DNA of 64,000 nucleotides from Promethearchaeota archaeon (lineage in GTDB: Archaea; Asgardarchaeota; Hermodarchaeia; Hermodarchaeales; Hermodarchaeaceae), in NCBI GenBank assembly GCA_048938385.1, contig JBHLMG010000003.1:21090-85089 (forward strand), given 5' to 3'. The translations under genes were made by a program, and so were the position numbers. A model generated the notes under the pieces. It did no database searches. It saw only the letters and a program-made list of their open reading frames with translations, and was not told the origin of the DNA. Below are positions 60,470 to 64,000 of the stretch, piece after piece (the first letter of the stretch is position 1; every line of letters begins with the position of its first letter).

Positions 60470-60937
60470 TTAATGCTTCCAACCTAATTCCTCCTTGATC
60501 TTGGTTAGGAGGTGGAGGGCATTCTCCGAAGGGGTGATCCCGCTCTTGAGGGGTATTTGCCATTCTCGGGCGAGTTGGTTGATGGTGTCTATGCAGTTAT
60601 CTCGGGCTTCACACCCGTTACATTGGCCTTCGTGTTCGTACCAAGTTTGGATTCCGAGTTTCGGTGAATAGAATATGTAGGCTCGTCGCTGGGTCGCTGG
60701 ATGGTATCCTATGGCAAAGCCTTGTCGGGGACTAGCCCGTCGAATATGAATGCGGTTTACAGCGGCGGTGTATTGGAGTAGCCGTGTGATTCGTGTCTCC
60801 GCTTGGCGTTGAGCTTTGCTGATGAACGGACGGGAGACGCCCAGTTCTTCAGCGAGGAGTGAGGGGCGGATGCGTTGGCGTCGTTTCAACCAGATGAAAT
60901 CTTGTTGTTGAGTGGGGTGTCGTAGATTTTGTAACAT
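60470..60937 (-). CDS. HTH transcriptional regulator-like protein with Cys cluster
   Basis: LAEELGVSRPFISKA HTH; WYEHEGQCNGC...C; GGAGG RBS. Confidence 0.75.
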   Translation of the reverse strand: MLQNLRHPTQQQDFIWLKRRQRIRPSLLAEELGVSRPFISKAQRQAETRITRLLQYTAAVNRIHIRRASPRQGFAIGYHPATQRRAYIFYSPKLGIQTWYEHEGQCNGCEARDNCIDTINQLAREWQIPLKSGITPSENALHLLTKIKEELGWKH

Positions 60938-60996
60938 GGCTTCCTGCCCTCCGAGGTGTGTTCTCCGAGTAAGCTTAGGAAACGCGCGAATATAAA

Positions 60997-61015
60997 TTAA
61001 CCTAATTCAGGTTAA
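60997..61015. promoter_or_regulatory. palindromic operator candidate TTAACCT-N5-AGGTTAA
   Basis: Perfect 7-bp inverted repeat next to a TATA-like element between the divergent HTH and rubrerythrin genes. Confidence 0.45.
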
Positions 61016-61117
61016 CCCTCAACTCCCCCAATTTACTCAGGCCCTAGTCGCAAATCCAATAGGTACTTAATCTTCAAGTAGGAATCCGCGATATCTCTTA
61101 TCGGAGGAAGTACTAAA

Positions 61118-61663
61118 ATGGTTAAAGACATGACTGAAGCGAATCTTCGCAGCGCTTATGCAGGTGAGAGCCAAGCGCACATGCGGTACCTCATCTACAT
61201 GGATATGGCGAAAAAAGAAGGATTTCCCAATGTCGCCCGATTGTTCCATGCCGCTGCTTATGCAGAACGCGTACATGCTTCCACCCATTTCAAGCACATC
61301 AAGACAAAAGGGGACTTCCAAACAGTGGGCGGAGCAATCTTCGGGACAGAAAATACCTCTGAAGCCCTTCAAGCTGGTATTGACGGTGAGAGCTTCGAGA
61401 TCTCAGAAATGTATCCCGCTTACCGTTCGGTGGCGCAAGCTCAAAATGAGAAGGGTGCCGACACGAGCTTCCGATGGGCAATGGAGGCTGAGAAGAACCA
61501 CCTTGGGCTTTACCAAAAGGCGAAAGCTGCTGTTGATCAGAGGAAAGATGCAGACTTCGGTCCGCTACATGTATGTCCCGTTTGCGGTCATACGGTGGAA
61601 GGCGATGTTCCTCATAAGTGTCCGGTATGTAACACGCCTGGAGCGCAGTTCAAAACTTTCTGA
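61118..61663 (+). CDS. rbr: rubrerythrin
   Basis: AYAGESQA, AERVHA, GESFE...MYP, AEKNH, C-terminal CPVCG...CPVC. Confidence 0.95.
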   Translation: MVKDMTEANLRSAYAGESQAHMRYLIYMDMAKKEGFPNVARLFHAAAYAERVHASTHFKHIKTKGDFQTVGGAIFGTENTSEALQAGIDGESFEISEMYPAYRSVAQAQNEKGADTSFRWAMEAEKNHLGLYQKAKAAVDQRKDADFGPLHVCPVCGHTVEGDVPHKCPVCNTPGAQFKTF

Positions 61664-61684
61664 TCTCCTTTCAGCGAATTATGA

Positions 61685-62716
61685 TTGGCATTACTTCAAC
61701 ATCTCGTCCCACAGACTTTTATCCAAAAAACGCCAAATGCAAGCCTAAAAGCAAAGCCAGTTGAGGTGTTTTGTAGTTGGTATTTTTTTGATCCTCAAGT
61801 CATTATCCTGCTGCAATCACTCTTCCCATATTGGGTATGGGAAATTCTCAATCTCGTTGGAGATCAACTGATCTATGTGGTGTTACTTGGATTTGCCTTT
61901 TGGTGTCTAAATAAAAAGGAAGGTAAAATCGCTTTGATGTTGGTGATGTTTTCTGGGTTCTTCAACATCTTAGCCAAATACGCCTTTGGCATGGATCGCC
62001 CACCTACATCCCTGCGTTACAATCCTGACTATGCTGCGGACCAATCGAACGGTTTCCCAAGCGGGGCCACACAACTGTCAACTACTTTCTGGGGTTGGGC
62101 TACTATCCGGCTTAGACACTGGGGGTTGTTACTTGTATCAGTAATGATGATCGCATTGACGGCACTCGCTCGGATGGGCTTGGGCTTGCATTACCTTGGC
62201 GATGTCCTTGGTGGTATCATCATTGCCATCCTCATACTGGTTTGGGCTTATTTCATGGTGCCGTATATCATCGAGGTTTGGAAGAAAATGCCCTCATACC
62301 TTCAGGACTGGTTGCTTCCTGGCATCGCTCTTTTGCTCTTCGTTGGATTTTTGGTTGCCTATGCCATGGGTGTAGTCTATTGGCCAACAGAGAATGTCGC
62401 CGTGTCAATGGGTGTGATCTTTGGTTTTGGTGTGGGCGCTGTATTAGAAACCAAATATGTGAATTTTACCACAGATATTCCTCGTAATCGAAAAGTATTT
62501 CGAGGTCTTGTTGGCATTCTCGTTGCTTTGCCAGCTTTCTATGCCTTAGACTTTGCCTTTGATTTGCTACCCATGATTCCATTGCTTCATTTTTCATTCC
62601 GGTTTATCAAATACCTCATCATCGGCTTCTTCGGTGCATTCGTAATTCCTGTGATCTTCACTTACATTGAAAAGCGACGAGAGCTCGGTACAAGTGCTTC
62701 CGATAAGGTAGAGTAA
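61685..62716 (+). CDS. PAP2-family membrane phosphatase
   Basis: KYAFGMDRP, GFPSG, ARMGLGLHYLGDV; the start region is ambiguous (see findings). Confidence 0.85.
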   Translation: MALLQHLVPQTFIQKTPNASLKAKPVEVFCSWYFFDPQVIILLQSLFPYWVWEILNLVGDQLIYVVLLGFAFWCLNKKEGKIALMLVMFSGFFNILAKYAFGMDRPPTSLRYNPDYAADQSNGFPSGATQLSTTFWGWATIRLRHWGLLLVSVMMIALTALARMGLGLHYLGDVLGGIIIAILILVWAYFMVPYIIEVWKKMPSYLQDWLLPGIALLLFVGFLVAYAMGVVYWPTENVAVSMGVIFGFGVGAVLETKYVNFTTDIPRNRKVFRGLVGILVALPAFYALDFAFDLLPMIPLLHFSFRFIKYLIIGFFGAFVIPVIFTYIEKRRELGTSASDKVE

Positions 62717-62718
62717 GG

Positions 62719-63252
62719 TTATCGGATCCGAATGGGGGTTCCGAGTACAATCTCCCCAAACATTTCTTGTTTCGCTCGGCAAATAGGGCATACATGTGGG
62801 GCTTCTTCACGAAAGGTGACATATCCACAGATCTTGCAATAGAAAAGCTTCCGGTTCGTATCCTGGGCTTCTTCCACCATTGCGGTAGACGATTCTTCTG
62901 GTGGTGTTTTGCCCATCGCTCGGTCAATCTTTGGTTGTGGGCGTCGCTCAGGAATCGGTTGCATCGGTTTGACACCCTCAGCCACATCTTTACTGACATA
63001 CAACGCACAGAAGCATTGTCCGAATTCTTCAACATCAGGGTCTCGGTAATCACACGGGCAAATAATATCTCGATCCCATTCAAACATCCCAGAGGCAAGC
63101 CGACACGGACAAGACGGGTAACCATATCGGTCTTCGTTCTCCTTTAGACCTTGAAGTAGACTCTGAAGAAAGTCGGGATCTGGTGTGAGATAGTATCCGT
63201 GGAATTTTGCGTCGAGTTCTGCGCGGCGTTTCACATTCTCTATGCTTTTCAT
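62719..63252 (-). CDS. ferredoxin:thioredoxin reductase catalytic subunit fused to rubredoxin (ferredoxin:disulfide reductase type)
   Basis: CPC, CPC and CFC motifs; C-terminal CKICG...CPIC. Confidence 0.92.
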   Translation of the reverse strand: MKSIENVKRRAELDAKFHGYYLTPDPDFLQSLLQGLKENEDRYGYPSCPCRLASGMFEWDRDIICPCDYRDPDVEEFGQCFCALYVSKDVAEGVKPMQPIPERRPQPKIDRAMGKTPPEESSTAMVEEAQDTNRKLFYCKICGYVTFREEAPHVCPICRAKQEMFGEIVLGTPIRIR

Positions 63253-63533
63253 AGTCCCAACGCCTTGGAGATTTCGTCCTTCTTCAGACCCGTAATTAGG
63301 GTTTTATCGTCGATAATAAGTGTGGGGAATGCGAGGCGACCTCCTCGGTTTTTAATGTCTTTGTTAATAATCTCTCGGTCATCAGATTCTAGTTTATCGA
63401 CATCAATGTATTCGTATTCTACCCCGTTGCCTTTTAGGAAGGCTTTGGTCATTTTGCACCAACCACAAGTACTCAGGGCGTAGAGGAGTACATGGTGGTC
63501 TTTCTTCAAGCCTTCGACTTTGACACGATCCAC
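63249..63533 (-). CDS. glutaredoxin-like protein (methanoredoxin type)
   Basis: YALSTCGWC, cis-Pro motif FPTL; ATGA overlap with the FTR gene. Confidence 0.9.
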   Translation of the reverse strand: MDRVKVEGLKKDHHVLLYALSTCGWCKMTKAFLKGNGVEYEYIDVDKLESDDREIINKDIKNRGGRLAFPTLIIDDKTLITGLKKDEISKALGL

Positions 63534-63678
63534 AATAGGTCCCTCGGCACTTCCTCGCTCAACGGCTTTAAAAGGGTTGCCAACTTGCTGCTGTCAAACA
63601 TTACCAAGGCTGGTTAGGCTTGTTCACTCAATAAATTGAAAACCTTGAGCTTACTCAGGACAACGAATAGTATCTTGT

Positions 63679-63935
63679 ATGTTGAGATGGGGTGTCTGCA
63701 AAGCGAAGTTTGAAACGATCATGGCTGCGGGTCTTGCCCATAACAGCTATTTTCTAGCAGACGGCAGAGAAGCAGTTGTCATTGCCCCTCGATGTGATGC
63801 CAAAATATATTATGAATTAGCCCAGGATGCCTGGGCTAACATCACCTATATCCTCGAAACTCATCGAAACGAGGATTTCGTGATTGGGTCTTGAGCTCCA
63901 ACACATGACCAGGGCAGAAATTGGAAGGCTTTGGT
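63679..63935 (+). pseudogene. truncated/frameshifted MBL-fold hydrolase (persulfide dioxygenase-like)
   Basis: GLAHNSY, ETHRNEDFVIGS then TGA. The expected continuation ELQHMTRAEI is in another frame and runs into the tandem repeat. Confidence 0.6.
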
Positions 63936-64000
63936 AAGGCTTTGGTAAGGCTTTGGTAAGGCTTTGGTAAGGCTTTGGTAAGGCTTTGGTAAGGCTTTGG
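63925..64000. repeat. perfect 11-bp tandem repeat (AAGGCTTTGGT)n, at least 6.9 copies, runs off the window end
   Basis: Read directly from the sequence. Confidence 0.95.

Noticed and set aside
61158-61748. Long alternative-frame and antisense ORFs (for example 61158-61748, 42108-42611, 43398-43898)
   Set aside because: They are shadows of well-supported genes and carry no motifs of their own.
63892-63894. Selenocysteine readthrough of the TGA in the MBL gene
   Set aside because: The expected protein continues in a different frame, so this is a frameshift; no SECIS was seen.
63925-64000. CRISPR array
   Set aside because: Units are 11 bp and contiguous with no spacers, and there are no cas genes in the window.

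Overview
This window looks like archaeal chromosome, most likely Asgard (Promethearchaeota). That assignment is an inference from BRE/TATA promoters, GGTGA/GGAGG ribosome-binding sites, a BHB-intron tRNA, an archaeal-type TrpRS, a TPR-rich protein and eukaryote-like SMC accessory genes. Most of the window is housekeeping and metabolism: uvrB-uvrA-uvrC, a leuB/C/D-like operon, H+-PPase, acyl-CoA enzymes, FAD/Fe-S oxidoreductases, a divergent ATP-PEPCK-like enzyme, and rubrerythrin with an FTR-rubredoxin/glutaredoxin pair. Five things stand out. (1) At 1-2549 a translationally coupled four-gene operon looks like a prokaryotic SMC5/6 complex: an SMC5/6-type head, an Nse4-like kleisin, a MAGE/Nse3-like KITE and a stand-alone RING/ZZ-like zinc finger. 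(2) Two dispersed copies (about 9315-9467 and 41238-41366) of an unannotated long hairpin have different but paired outer stems and an identical 28-nt loop that reads RBS-AUG-GUU-UUC-UAG. (3) A Trp locus pairs trpS, which has a structured leader with a Trp-containing uORF and an anticodon-like loop, with a divergent tRNA-Trp(CCA) that has two introns. (4) A pseudoknot-like leader precedes a QueT transporter. (5) A membrane-anchored gingipain-like protease has its catalytic His and Cys separated by an inserted FG-GAP propeller. All family calls are from motif recognition by eye; no searches were run.
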